A DNA stretch of 64,000 nucleotides from Tubulanus polymorphus (Eukaryota > Animalia > Nemertea), in the NCBI RefSeq assembly GCF_964204645.1, contig NC_134027.1, positions 24,018,560-24,082,559 on the forward strand, in the 5' to 3' direction. Positions 35,616 through 48,702 of the stretch are shown here, in pieces; within the stretch, counting starts at the first letter, position 1; every line of letters begins with the position of its first letter. A program made the translations under genes and the position numbers. Below the pieces are notes generated by a model. The model saw only the letters and a list, made by a program, of their open reading frames with translations, did not search any database and was not told the origin of the DNA.

Positions 35616-36699
35616 CATCGTTAAGGGCATGAAATGAATAAACTTGTATAGATTTACCGCGCAATAAACCTGATGAAATGATTCAAACAAACTGGTTCTC
35701 GTTTCTGCTTTAACGTGTTTGGCCTTTATTTATTGATGAGCTGTAAGTTGATCCGACCGGCCGCCTATATCCACCCTCTATATTGCTTTTTAATGGAGAT
35801 TTGGAGATCGGAATTGTATTTTCGAATTGCAATCCACTTTTGGTGTTAACATATTACTGATGTACATATGGCGCTGTCCGTATGAGATGCCCGAACAAGG
35901 GGGAGGTCATAAATTCTGGATTTTGGTGGGCAAGAAGGATGAAATGGTGTGGACATTCTTAGAGACATGGGAAAGTGGTCCATAATTGGACATATTTTAT
36001 GGATAAAAAGTTCAGCCTATTGGGCTAGAACATCTTCACCCGTCAAGGGATTCGAACCCACTACGCTAAAGCTGTTGCTCGTGGAAGCGAGTTCGGGAGT
36101 GATACTGGACCCCTGGCAAGCGAGGATGGGCTAGAATGATCAAGTGCAGAGATACTTCTCAACTCTAGTATCATCTGCGCATGATAATTTCCATTGATTG
36201 TGTCTATAGGAACTTATTGGCTGTTTCAAATAATAATATTCTGTATACATGTAATAGAGTGTTCCAAAACATACGTTGTTTTAGTTGCTTAGGTTTTCCG
36301 ATCGAAGTGGGGTTCGTGGTTTGTGGATTATGGGGGAGGGGGGTACAAAAGATGCCAAATTTCCGCGCACGTCTTAATCGACAGCCCATTCTCTATCGAT
36401 CCTAATTCCTGCTGATTAACTTTTTTCAGGATTATGACTCGATATGCGTTCAATAAATCACAGATATCAAATTCGTAGATAATCAATTGCTTGTGAGTGC
36501 CTGAACGCCTGGACACGGTTCTTTCGTTCGGACCCGTGGTCGAAAATTGGTTTCGACCTGTAATAGATACGTTATCATAGTTCAATATTAGAATCACTAA
36601 GCGATTAAGTAATCGGTTGATGGAATAAGTAGTATTTATATATAGTTCTTGTTAATGATCAAGTATTTACTCATCGCAGTACTGTCAAGATCGAGCATC

Positions 36700-37587
36700 A
36701 TGAATGACAAAATATACAGCAACGCTTTCGCTGGTTTCCAAAAAATTTGTAGTGATTTTGGAAATTCGGACTTGTCGATACCAATCATCTTAGCGAAAAC
36801 GTTCCGTGCTTGTTATGCGGAATGTGCCGTTAAAGAAGAAAGAGGATTGAGAGTTTTGATAGTAGGCCCTGCTCACGGGTACACGCTAGAAAGCACGTTA
36901 CATGCAATTGGAGGAGGTGTTTACATTGATCGGATCGATTGCGTGGAACCCAATACTCAAATGGTGGTTGAGCTGAAGGAAAGGATGGGTTTACTGGCCA
37001 GTAAGTTCAACTTCGCTTACAATATTCACAACCAATCATTTTCGAAAGACAGTGGATCATTTCTGCCGAACAATTTCTACGATCTATTGTTGTTTTCGCA
37101 TGTTCTGTACTACTTCAACGACCCCGTCGTTATCCTGGAGCAATCGCTTTTTCAACTCGCTCACAAAAATGGTCGATCTTTCATTGCACTCGATACGGCC
37201 AAAGTTCATGTCACTATTCGCGATGAGATAGAAAGCGCTCTCAAGAACGCCGACAGCAAATCGCGTACCCGTAGCGTAAAATTCATCAACATTCACGACG
37301 TTCTAGCAAAAACTAAAACTCGGACGCTTTCCCACACAGTCGGTCAAGTCGGAGCAGTAGCCAACATGATCCTGATGCCCAGTCGACCGTGTATCAGCGA
37401 AGGGGATAAACACGTGAGTAAATTGATCGACGAGACGCTAACGTTCTTCGCGGAAACGGATGTCAGTAAACTAACGGACGACGAACGCTTGACGATACAG
37501 AATATCATTCGTAAGCATACTGTTGAAATATATGGGATTTCTATAATGCCATACTGTACTGAAACCTTCGTCATTGCTAGAAAGTAA
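36700..37587 (+). CDS. Class I SAM-dependent methyltransferase, histamine N-methyltransferase-like
   Basis: Uninterrupted ORF; likely ATG at 36700, just after a possible 5' UTR acceptor. Motif I RVLIVGPAHG, acidic motif IDCVEPN and FYDLLLFSHVLYYF resemble HNMT motifs VEPS and DFIHMIQMLYY. Confidence 0.75.
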   Translation: MNDKIYSNAFAGFQKICSDFGNSDLSIPIILAKTFRACYAECAVKEERGLRVLIVGPAHGYTLESTLHAIGGGVYIDRIDCVEPNTQMVVELKERMGLLASKFNFAYNIHNQSFSKDSGSFLPNNFYDLLLFSHVLYYFNDPVVILEQSLFQLAHKNGRSFIALDTAKVHVTIRDEIESALKNADSKSRTRSVKFINIHDVLAKTKTRTLSHTVGQVGAVANMILMPSRPCISEGDKHVSKLIDETLTFFAETDVSKLTDDERLTIQNIIRKHTVEIYGISIMPYCTETFVIARK

Positions 37588-39045
37588 TTGAGTAGTATTT
37601 GTATGATAATGTAGTAGATTAATACTTAATCTTCATTTTGGGGTTTTCTCTAGTATTACTACTGCAACACGTGCTTTGAAGGCAGGGTTTGAAATGAATT
37701 TTGCCTGATTAATAATCGCAGCTACGTATCGAGCGTATAGTTTGTGATGTGTGAAAAAGAAAAAGAGCGCATTTCGTAATATAAAGTCTGCTTGTGAAAA
37801 ACCATATTATAGATATTATTGAAATATTACACGATTAATGATACTAATGATGAATAAGATATGTTTAGTTCTTGTGAAGATAACGTATAAGCGATATTAA
37901 CCTAAATTTGAGAATTTGAATATCATTTGTTCATGGAAAATGATTACGGTTTATGTGGTTTCCAGCCTTACCATTTTAGACCAGGTCTTATAACCACATT
38001 TTTCATTCAAGCTTTTGGTTAGCCAGACTTTGATTGTAGTACGAATGTTTTATTAGGTGCATTAGAGCATTATTTCATTGAATAAGGCTCCAAATATGGT
38101 AAATACCTAACAATAATGATATCGAATTACAAGGACAGGGAATTAATGAGTTGTAATGATATTATATATTAATATTACTTATGTTATCGTAACGTTCAAA
38201 CATAAATTATCGATGAAATGTGCATGATTTTTACCCAGAAATAAAGCAATCAAGAAATTAACACGTATTTCACTTGTTATTTCCATAACGTGGACTGGGA
38301 GGAACTCGCGGCGATCGAGTCGATCCGATTCTAAATCAAATCGCTGACGCATTTTCTATCAAAAGTGGCTTGATTAAACAACTGGTTCAAGCTTGAATAA
38401 ACTTTAGCGTTGAGTAAATTACAGGTATTAGTTGGAATGGACATGTGTGATGCAATCCTACACGGTAAGAAGGAATATCGACATAGTGAAAAGGAATATC
38501 GACGTACATTTTATCAAATAATCAAAATTTTGACCGTTAAGAGCTGGCCCCTATAGTACATACCGTTGACTGCGAATATGATGAAATGCAGGTCCGTAGC
38601 CAGTAGAGAAATTTAGTTCCGAAGTTTTCAATACTGTCCGTGCAGAAGCCCGAACCGTGCCGTCCAGTCCCATGCAAATTAAGAAATTAATCAACTCAAT
38701 TCCTCGTGCTAGGGGCTGATACATACTAGGTTTACAGAAGACGTCGTTGCTGGATCTTTCAAATCTAAAGTTTTAAAACTGTCTTCGTTTCTATCTAAAC
38801 GAGGATCCATGGACTAGCCATAACCACCGCAAGCCCAGCTTGGTGACATTCAGGAAACTGCTTCCTTGTGAGGCAGCAAAGGAGCGGATAGCGGATTGGA
38901 AATGACTCTTGTACGGAAAAAAATGGACAAGATTTTGACTTAGTGTCTAATATGTTTGTTTTATTATCATACATAACTCCTAATGGATTAATATTTGGAA
39001 TTCAAAGATTATAGTCTATATGCGTTGTATTTTCAAGATTCGTCA

Positions 39046-42000
39046 TTAGTTCCAAGGTGAACATCTTTTGATTTCGATGTTTCCATCAGCACCAATAACC
39101 TGAAAGTATATAACATTGAGCAATATTGGCAATCGGTGCATGCAACAACGAGGTTCAAATTGCTCTTCACTAGATCATGGTGAAATTATAGTTTAGTGCG
39201 CTGAAACTGCTTGACGCTGTTAATTTTCATAAATAGATATACCTTGAATTCGTATTGGCTACACGGCCGCGTTTGTCGTACTACTCCTCGCCTTCGCTCC
39301 TGGGTTCCTTTACCACACGTTGCGCTGCAAGCTGTCCACGCTCCCCAATTTCCAGCTAAGAGTATAAGATATGATTTGATGCCTGCTGACGAACGGTACA
39401 ATACGTTGGAAACAAAAAAGGTATACAGAATATTTCTCACTAACCTCCTGGAGTTGTAACTGGTGTTGTAATTGGTCTCGAAGTGACGGGAGAAGCAGTT
39501 GTAACTGGTGGTGTAATTGGCCCCGAAGTGACAGGAGAAACAGTTGTAACTGGCATCGATGTGGTTGGAAAAACAGTTGTTACAGGTGGAGATGACGCAC
39601 ATCCAGAAAAACTGATATCATCAAGAGCCATATCCGATTTATAAGAATCCCCACGTGTTGCGACAAATTCGATCTGAAAATGTGTTAATACGATGGATAT
39701 AGTAAACTCGCCTAACCCGGAGGACAAACAGGGAGCGGCAAAATTGGTCCGAGGTATTAGGCGAAGTCTGAGTTAAGGATTGGAAAAAGGAAATACATTA
39801 GGAAGTCAAGGAAATTGTTCTGTTTTTGCTTAGAGTTAGTCAAAAGAAAGTCGAGTTGGCAATATCCGAGTAATGCAAGGTTTACTGTTACAGGGGTGTA
39901 ATAACATTTTAGATTAATCACACGTACATTCATATCATGGCCTTTTCCGATCGTAACTGACGCAGCTTTCCAGTTATCTCCTTGATTACCAGATTTTTCA
40001 AAGAGAACGCTTCCGTTAACTGTTACTTGCAGTTTACCCATTGAAGAACCATACATGTGATAATTAAAGTCCATTTGGCAGGAGTCCGATACGGAGTTGA
40101 TCTTGGCATCAAGATAGGCCTGCTGGCCACGGCTGGCAGGATAAGAAGACTCGACGTAAACATACGTGCCTGGAAACATACTCATTATTACAAAACAAAT
40201 TTACTCTATCTACACAATGCTTCGTGATATTTGAAGGACGCCTACCTGTTCCTGTTGTATGATCGCCGCTAGGTCCAGTGTAGCTTGATGGAGTTGTTCC
40301 GGATCGTCTGGTCCATTGCAAAGTTCCGTGCGTTGTCCACATTCCATTATCGTTCTCGAAGTTAGTATCCAGTTTAACTATGAAACAATTTTACCCATTT
40401 TACTTGATATATTCCCAGTGAATACCAATGAATTGAATGGAGATTTATGTAGAGACGAAACGAATTTGTGCAAATATGAATATCAACTACAGGCTACATC
40501 CAAATAAACCCTCAGAAAAAATATTTGTGATGATAGTGATTTTCAATGAGCAGCACTGACTTTCGGCGATTAACCGTTTACTCATATGAGGCAAGGTTTG
40601 AGAATATACCCAATTCGACTAATTTTATTTTAGTAAGTAAGAACATGGATTTGTTTTTGAGTCCATAATAGAATGATATTTTTTATAGAAAGGGCATCGA
40701 GATTGCAAACCAGGTGAGAAAAACATTCTTATTCGGGAACATGTTTATCATCAGCAAAACGAACGTTTTAGAAGCAGTAAAAAAAGTAAGTTTTAGGGAA
40801 AGTAAACAAGCAGAAAAGAAAGATGAACTGAATTGCTAGCTGTATATGGTTTGAGAACATTGTTTATGAAAAAAAAACATCTACCTAATTTACTCTCGGT
40901 ACTCTCGACTGGAGTCTAACAACTTACCTCCTGGTGTCGTAACTGGTGGTGTAATTGGCCCCGAAGTCACAGGAGAAGCAGTTGTAACTGGTGGTGTAAT
41001 TGGTCCCGAAGTGACAGGAGCAACAGTTGTAACTGGCATCAAGGTGGTTGGAAAAGCAGTCGTTCCAGCTGGAGATGACGCACATCCAATAAAGCTGATG
41101 TCATCAAGAGCCATATCCGATCTAAAACAATACCCACGTGTTGCGACAAATTCGATCTGGAAATATAGCAGTTACTCTTCGTGATTCTTAAGAACGAACA
41201 CAACTGATAGCTACAGTAAAACTCGCCTAACTTGGAGGACAAACTGCAGGGAGCGGCTAAATTGCTCCCGGGCAAACGAAGTCTAAGTTTAGGATAGGAA
41301 AGATTGAATACATAACTACAAGTCAAGAAATTTATTTCGTTTTTCTCGAGTTTGACAAATTTCAACTTGAGGAAGCAAGGTTTACTGTAACAAAGATGTA
41401 ATAACATTTTGGAGAAATCACACGTACATCGATGTTATGGCCTTTTCCGATCGTAACTGACGCAGCTTTCCAGTTATTTCCTTGATTACCAGACTTTTCA
41501 AATAGAACGCTTCCGTCAACTTTCACTTGCAGTTTACCCATTGAAGAACCATACATGTGATAATTAAAGTTCATTTGGCAGGAGTCTGATGTGGAGTTAA
41601 TTGTCGCATCAAGATAGGCCTGCTGGCCACGGCTGGCAGGAGAAGAAGTCTCGACGTAAACATACGTGCCTGGAAAAATACTCATTATTACAAAACAAAT
41701 TTACTCTATTTACAAAATGCTTCATGATATTTGAAGGACGCCTACCTGTTCCTGTTGTATGATCGCCGTTAGGTCCAGTGGAACTTGATGGAGTTGTTCC
41801 AGATCGTCTGGTCCATTGCAAAGTTCCATGCGTTGTCCACATTCCATAATCATTATCGAAATTAGTATCCAGTTTACCTATAAAATTTTGCTACCTATTT
41901 TACTTTAACAATTTCAGCAGACCCAGTAAGTCATAAGCAATGAATTGAAATGTATCTGACACACAAACGCATAAGTACCATAGTAATTACATAGACTCAC

Positions 42001-45000
42001 AAGAATTCACCCTTAAGCCTGACAGGCTGTCTATTAGAATATGGACTCTAATTGTTTTTAGTCCATAATGGTTAGAATGGTGTTCTCTATAGAAAGGCAA
42101 TCAAGATGCATGGCAAACCGGACGAAAATGAATTTCGAACTCGGTAGCTTTTTTATGATCAGTTAAACGAACGTTTTAAAGGACACGAAATTAAACAAGA
42201 AGAAGAACGATAAATTGGATTGCTTTCTTATGGTTGTTGTAAGAATACGCTTGAGAACATTGTGGAACGGTTTTACGAAAAATGTACCTAATGTACACGT
42301 GACACTGTGGACACACTGCGCAGACTCTACCGAGATTCCCGGACAGCTATTTCCGCCGTGTTTGGGTGCGGGGTTGTCACACTGACGAGTTCTCTGTTGC
42401 GTTCCGGTGCCGCAAGACGTACTACACGCCCCATAGGTTGACCATTGACCCCAATGTCCGTCGATCTTAGCTGAATTTAGAAAAAACGAAAGCTCTTACT
42501 AGCAACTTTTTGTGTGCAAAATCGTACAACATGAAACATGATTGGCGGATCCAGGCTACTTCGCATGACTCACGTGAGGCACTCATAAAAAATCTTAATT
42601 TCCCGTTGAATGAAGGCAAAATTCAAAAAGACTTTGAAAAAGTTTAAAAAGTTTCATGACGAAACTGTCCTGAGTGAATTTCCAAGTACACTAGATTCGA
42701 TGAGTTTTTGGGTGGGGTCTGAGGGTGTGCCCTGTCTCCCTAAACATCCATATATTGTAGTCTGGTTTCTTACCAAAAAATAATAATAACATTTAAAGTG
42801 ACCTATCAATACACTGCGATTTAAGGATGATTCCGATAATGTGCCTTTTTGAAAAAATGCACTTTTGGTGGTCAAAATTGTTAACCTGGTTTTGCCCCTT
42901 GTATTCCAGAAATTATCGTATTTACCCTGGCATTCGCTCGATGAACAGTTTTGCGTTTCGACGTCAATTCCTTTATCGTTGGCGTTTGGACATTCGGTTT
43001 TCGACGCGCAAAATCTGTTTCTGGTTTTTACGCACCTATCATTACAGTTGCTCCACAGTGACCACTGCGTAGTGTTTGTTCCGGGAACTATAAAATTGTA
43101 GACATTCCCTTCAGCTCAATTGTTAGTCAAAAGTATCTCTCAGCGAACAGTCATAATAGAAGAAGTCCCGCAATTCGAATTTTTATACGATGAAATTCAT
43201 CAAAAGAGAAACCACAACGTTTCGGCTGTTGACTAACAGCCATCATCAGGTGGTATGAACTGGCGGTGCGGACCAATTCTTAACCAACAGAAAGTAAGAG
43301 GGACAATCCGTATATCAAGATCATTCCACCTGATGACGGCAGTTGGCCAACAGCCGAAACGTTGTGGTTTTGTTTTGATAAAATTGAATCGTAACAAATT
43401 CGATTTGTGGGACTTTTGGATAGAATGTATTATTCGACTACTATCAAACAACGATATCAATCGTTTACCTGTAGGGCATCCGTAAAGTATATTTATACCG
43501 GTGATATCAAGTGCACTCGGTCCGTTTCGTTGTCCGAAGGTTTGACTGCCCTTAAGAGCTACAATCGTCGGTTGTCCGTTTTTCGTGAAGGCCCGACTGC
43601 CGTAATGCATGACGCTACCGTAATCATAATTCAAACCTTGTTTATCCGTATTATCCCGCCTTTGGTGGAAATTTGAGGCCCTGCCTGACGAAAGTAAGAA
43701 TGAAAGATATTAACTTCGATAATATTCCAGTATTCCATCGACCACCGGTTCAAGCTGGATCGTCAGATGGTCGTTTGAATTCACATATGTAATGTTTGTT
43801 TAAGTCGACGGAAAAAACTTTTCCGGTCTTTTTATAGTTCAGAAAATATGATAAACTGCTTACTAAAAACAGACACTTACAAAGTTGATAATCGGGCTAC
43901 CTTCGTTATTTTGGTTCACTCCGTTTTGAACTAGGAATGGTATGAATTCGACTGACCTGTACTTCGATTTCCGATTTTAAAATCAGACCCGGCCCTGTTT
44001 CGTTGGCGACAGGTGTGGTAGGTTTGTAAGGGACACCAATAAATCGAATAAGTAACAGGGACAATCCTTATATCAAGATCAAACATCCAGTCATACACAT
44101 ATATGTTTAAGCGTGTATGGGGGGGGGGGAACACTTACCATCCAAGATATTTTCAAACATTATCCTAACATATAGATCCCGATCCGGTCTACTGTGCTCG
44201 TGATGGAATCCTGAAAATTCAAAGAAGTTTCATATATAGTAATTTATTTCTAGCGCTGGTCAGTTGAGTAAGTCATGAACATAATATTTGTTCATATAAT
44301 CATAATAATGATCTTTAAAGTCATAAAATCAAATGTAAGAAATATCAAGAGTATCTCTTTTATCAAAAAAAAAATGATCATGAAAATAGATACAGATTAT
44401 ACATATGACGAGGGACAAACAAATAAGAAGTGATAAGAAATTCACAAATTTATTTTGAAACTACAAATTGACTGACCCATACTCGATTTCAACATTCAAA
44501 AGAAACAAGTGGAGGATATATTGCCTGTCAGCGCACATTGTTATAGATATTTGGGTCGTGCAAAACATTTTGTGGGATGTCTCGCACGTTCGTCGGTATA
44601 CGAAGGCCAAATTACCAGGACATGATGCTCATTTTCGACAACATTAGACTGCAGATTTTGTACATGCTTTCGTGAAAGGGTAGGACAGGACGTAACCAAT
44701 AGTTGATTTACTTGGATTCATTCTATCTATACTAACCCAGAGCGTGCATGATCTCGTGTGTGATAACTCCGTGGTGTTCGCAGCCAGTACCAATTGAAAT
44801 TGGTTGTGCACCCGTTATGGCTTTACCGATATAAGAATAACACCTACAATTGAATAAGATGTAAGTACTCCACATTCCGACTACCAAGTGTACCTTCAAA
44901 TCTACCGGTATACATTTTGAAAAAGTTACGTTGGTCCTTACCCTTGACCTCGGAAGAATCTAAGCCAGCTCTGGTCACCGGTCTTCTTCAAGCGGAATTT

Positions 45001-46695
45001 CAAGCACGTTTTACTCTCAAGACCGGCAATTGCTTGCGGAATTAGCGCTTTTCCACCTGGAGATAATGGTTATCAACATAGAAATAAAGTTTCTGCTCAA
45101 TCTTTTCGGATCTTCCGCGTTGTTCTTTGTTTTTAGCAAAGCGGTAATCGCACTTACTTGAGCTAAGAGAGCTGTCTAGAACGTATGGAATGTCTTTAAC
45201 GGGCCACAGTTTGCCGTTTTTGATAGCTGAACGTTTGTCGACTTCATTTTCCTCATCCTCGTCCTCGCTTATCAATATGTCACCCTCGAGCAATGGAATA
45301 TCTACAATTTGAAATCCAAACAACCATTTTTAGGAAATACGTAAATATCAAAACATAAGAAATGAAATATACCGCTTTCTGCCTAAACATACCTTAACAA
45401 AAATAACTTGTTGCGCCAACAATCTGCCGGTGTTGAGCATGATTTATTTCTATATCAATTTTAGACTTTTATTGAAAGATCTAATCAACCCCATTTAACA
45501 TTGTATTTGAATGTATTTTTAAATGCTATGTGTGGCGAAATATCAAACTTCCCCAGACCCACTGCGCGCATGCTTGCCTAACAGTATGCCCTTTTTATTG
45601 ATTTGGGCTCCTGTCAATTTCTGTCGCCCATAGATCCATCCTTCACCAAGAACCTTAGTGTATGATGTATCACAGGCAGTTGTGTGTGCACTGGGGGATC
45701 GTAGAGCGACCACTCCCAGGACTGGGTGAAGATCCGTCCCTGATTTCATTTGCATTCACGATAATCACCGAACTAAATTGACTAAATTGTAGTCACAATG
45801 AAATTGGGAGGCAAAGGAAAATCGAAACGCACCTTGGTTGACTCGATTGATTCCGTCGTCTGCCGTCTCGTCTTCATTGTCGTCGAATTGATCCCGTTTT
45901 GCCCGTCGTTCGGCCATCTCATTCACCTTCAAGATGCGGTCCAGAACGTTGTATTCTTCCTCCTCGGCTGCTGAAGATAGCAAAATTCGGATTACACATG
46001 CTCATCAACGCGCCATATGAAAATGATTGTTAAGCAGGTTTCGATTGGTCTCTACCGATTCAGGAATCTCTTCTGGCGCGTGCTCGTTTCATTCAGGGGC
46101 CAGTTGCACAGTTGTGACTGAAGTCCATAAGTGGTCTTAAATCTTAAGACTGGCCATATAACTAATTTGGTCTTAGACTGGTACGTCTTAAGTCTAAACC
46201 ATGACTATGCAACCGTACCCCGGATACAAGTTCAACCTATTCTGGAATAGCATGATCAATAAACATGATAGAAGCGGCTGGTAGAAAGGGCTGGTAGCCG
46301 TTTGTTAGGTTTCGATTCTACCGATTCCGGAATCTTTTCCGGCGCGTTCGCTTTGTCCAGAATAAGCTTAACTTATTCCGGACTGCATATCTAATGACTT
46401 GTAAGAAGCGGCCGATTAGTTTTCAATTTCATTTATTTGACAAACCTATGATAATTTATAATACAAAGACAACAGGTTATAACGTTATAACATACGTTTG
46501 TCAGGGGATTCAAAAAATCCGTTAGAGAGTTTGTAATACGGAATAATTGCTATTCGTAAACCAGATTACGTTCAATCGAAATCTGCTTAAAAACGTGTAT
46601 ACATTGGGATACTGTTTACCTCGAGAAATCAGATTTCCGAAAGCGCCGATGACGAAAAGTATCACCACAGCGAAAAACAATCTTCTGCTATGCAT
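39046..46695 (-). CDS. Secreted astacin (M12A) metalloprotease with TSP1-like, TSP1, 2x MAM and TSP1 domains
   Basis: Exons 46695-46620 (signal), 45970-45833, 45301-45158, 45056-44942, 44843-44737, 44210-44139, 43684-43469, 43087-42926, 42470-42288, 41877-41746, 41669-41428, 41156-40928, 40377-40246, 40169-39928, 39673-39445, 39355-39243, 39099-39046. Motifs: prodomain LEGDI, KR processing site, HEIMHALGFHHEHSRPDRD, Met-turn SVMHY, WxxWxxxxxCSxSCG, MAM TGPxGDHT / FNYHMYG / DMALDDI. Confidence 0.92.
39445..41880 (-). repeat. Tandem duplication of a three-exon MAM plus Thr/Pro linker module (period about 1500 bp)
   Basis: Exon boundaries 41877/40377, 41746/40246 and 41669/40169 are offset by exactly 1500; the introns are also alignable. 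Confidence 0.92.
43211..43254 (-). ncRNA. Minimal type I hammerhead ribozyme motif (Penelope-type)
   Basis: ACCAC-CUGAUGA-U-GGCUGUU-AGUC-AACAGCC-GAAA-CG-UU-GUGGU: intact core, 5-bp stem I, 7-bp stem II and palindromic loopless stem III (AACGUU). Confidence 0.7.
43326..43367 (+). ncRNA. Second minimal hammerhead motif, inverted relative to the first
   Basis: CCAC-CUGAUGA-C-GGCAGUU-GGCC-AACAGCC-GAAA-CG-UU-GUGG; one mismatch in stem II. Confidence 0.65.
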
Positions 46696-48143
46696 ATTCT
46701 ATCGCTAAAAACTAATAAATAAAACATTTTGATCGAGCGTCTGCTTTTCAAGCGATTAGAAACGTCTCTGAAGAAGAAGAATAAGAAGAAATGCTGTACT
46801 TACTTTGTTTTACCGTAATTTGTTTGAAACGCTTGAATCCGTTCCGCTCAAATGATTGATGAACATGCGATCGAAGGAACGCATTTTTATACAATTCTAG
46901 CCATCCCCGAGAAGCCCCAGCTCATCAAATATAACTAAATTACTTTCACAGATGTACAACTATTAATTACTGGCGTACGGATCACGAACTCCCAGGACTG
47001 TCCACCTGCAAGCGCGTTACTGCAAAAGCAGCGTGAGATCAGTGTCATCTATTTACGAATCTTGTACTTCGTGAACTTCGCCTCGGCATCGCATTGTATC
47101 GTATCAAATGGTTAGAGCATTTCCCGGACAGGTGGCAATAATTAAAGTTCCAGAGTTCGGGGCCAGTTGCACAAACGTTGGTTGAGTTTACCAGGGGCAG
47201 GCTTTGACAGGAGAAAGAAAATGAAAAGAGTATATAATACTGAAAAATTGCCTAGTCCACGCCGTTAAAAAACAAGGGTCTGGATCATGGAAAGCTTTTT
47301 TATATCTTAGTGAATTTTTTACTTCCAGGGGACTTGAAGGGATCTTCGCTGCAGAATGCTGCCTTATTAATAGCGGGTGGAAATTGTGCCCTGAAAAATA
47401 TTGTCATTGTATTTTCAAAAGGGCACCGGAAAATTGCGACAGCGGGACACATGCTCAGTCTATTTGGACCGACGCAGTTCATAGTTACCGCCAGTTATCT
47501 TAAACCAACTTTTGAGCAACTTGTCCCAGATGTTTAGAAATAACCGCATGCATAACAAAAGTATCTCTGCAACACGCAATGAATTATTTAAGAACTTCGT
47601 TGTCCTTTTCCGGCGTGCGGCCCACGACATCAATTATAGGATAGTACGATCTTTGACGATACTTAGCATAACTGATTTCGGGTTGTTGATGTGGAGACTT
47701 CGAAGACTTCCGGTTCGCTTGCCTGGAGCAGAAATCTTTTAGGAGCTATTATATCATAATTCCCGAGTTCGAGGTAGAAATTTATTCTCGTAGGAAGAAT
47801 TGCGATTTGCATTCACAATTTCCGTATTGTAATGACAATATCTATATTTTGAAGGCGCCGAAATAACAAATTCGGAAAGGCGATTCAATAGCAATTCACT
47901 TTATTCCATTCAAAAAGGCTTAATATTATAATAATACGTTATCATACCTATATTTTCCTACTTATTCCTGCTCATAATTGTGTAGTAGACATAGGGAGAG
48001 GTAGAGTGACCTTTTTAGTTAGCTGCCGAATCGAATATAGGCCTCTAAGGCTTAAAGTGATTTTTTATAGGCTTTTATTATTCAGCTTTTTTTGAAATAT
48101 CGCAATTGGTAAAGAAAACCACTAACAGGTTACCGACTTGGTA

Positions 48144-48340
48144 AGATTCAAGAATAGGGGACTAGTGGTTAGGATTAGGGTTAGGATTAGGGTTAGGGTT
48201 AGGTTTAGTTTCCTAATCATCATTAATTACTATATACATTACTATAATTATTATATATCATCATTATCAATTACTAATATTATTACTTAATTGATTACTA
48301 TCACTACATATATATTGCAATAGTCCCCTATTCTTGAATC
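48144..48340. repeat. Inverted-repeat element enclosing TTAGG(G/A) repeats and an AT-rich tract
   Basis: gattcaagaataggggacta (48144-48163) and tagtcccctattcttgaatc (48321-48340) flank ttaggattagggttaggattagggttagggttagg. Confidence 0.7.
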
Positions 48341-48702
48341 GCACCGTTTGGGTCACCTATCCACTGGGTGGCGCTAGTGTTATTAAAGAATAGTGTTATG
48401 GTTAGGTTAGGTACATAACCATTAGTGACACCTAAACTACAGTCATACCCAATTTAGTTCTATAGCCAATCTAACAACTTAAGACTGGTCTTAAGATTTA
48501 AGACCTCTTTTTGACTTAAGTCACGACTGTGCAACTTTCCCTGGGGTTCAGGTTATAGACTGAATTTAATGTACTTTATGAGCTGCAGATTAGGTGTAGT
48601 GGCAGCGCAGGACGAACACCGCTCCAAGTGAGATAAAATCAAGAGTTAAAAAACCGAATGACTGATAAGGGTTCTCAGATATTTTTTTTTCTTCATTCAG
48701 AG

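Noticed and set aside
48168-48205. True telomere or chromosome fusion site
   Set aside because: Only about 6 imperfect units inside an inverted-repeat element, with genes on both sides.
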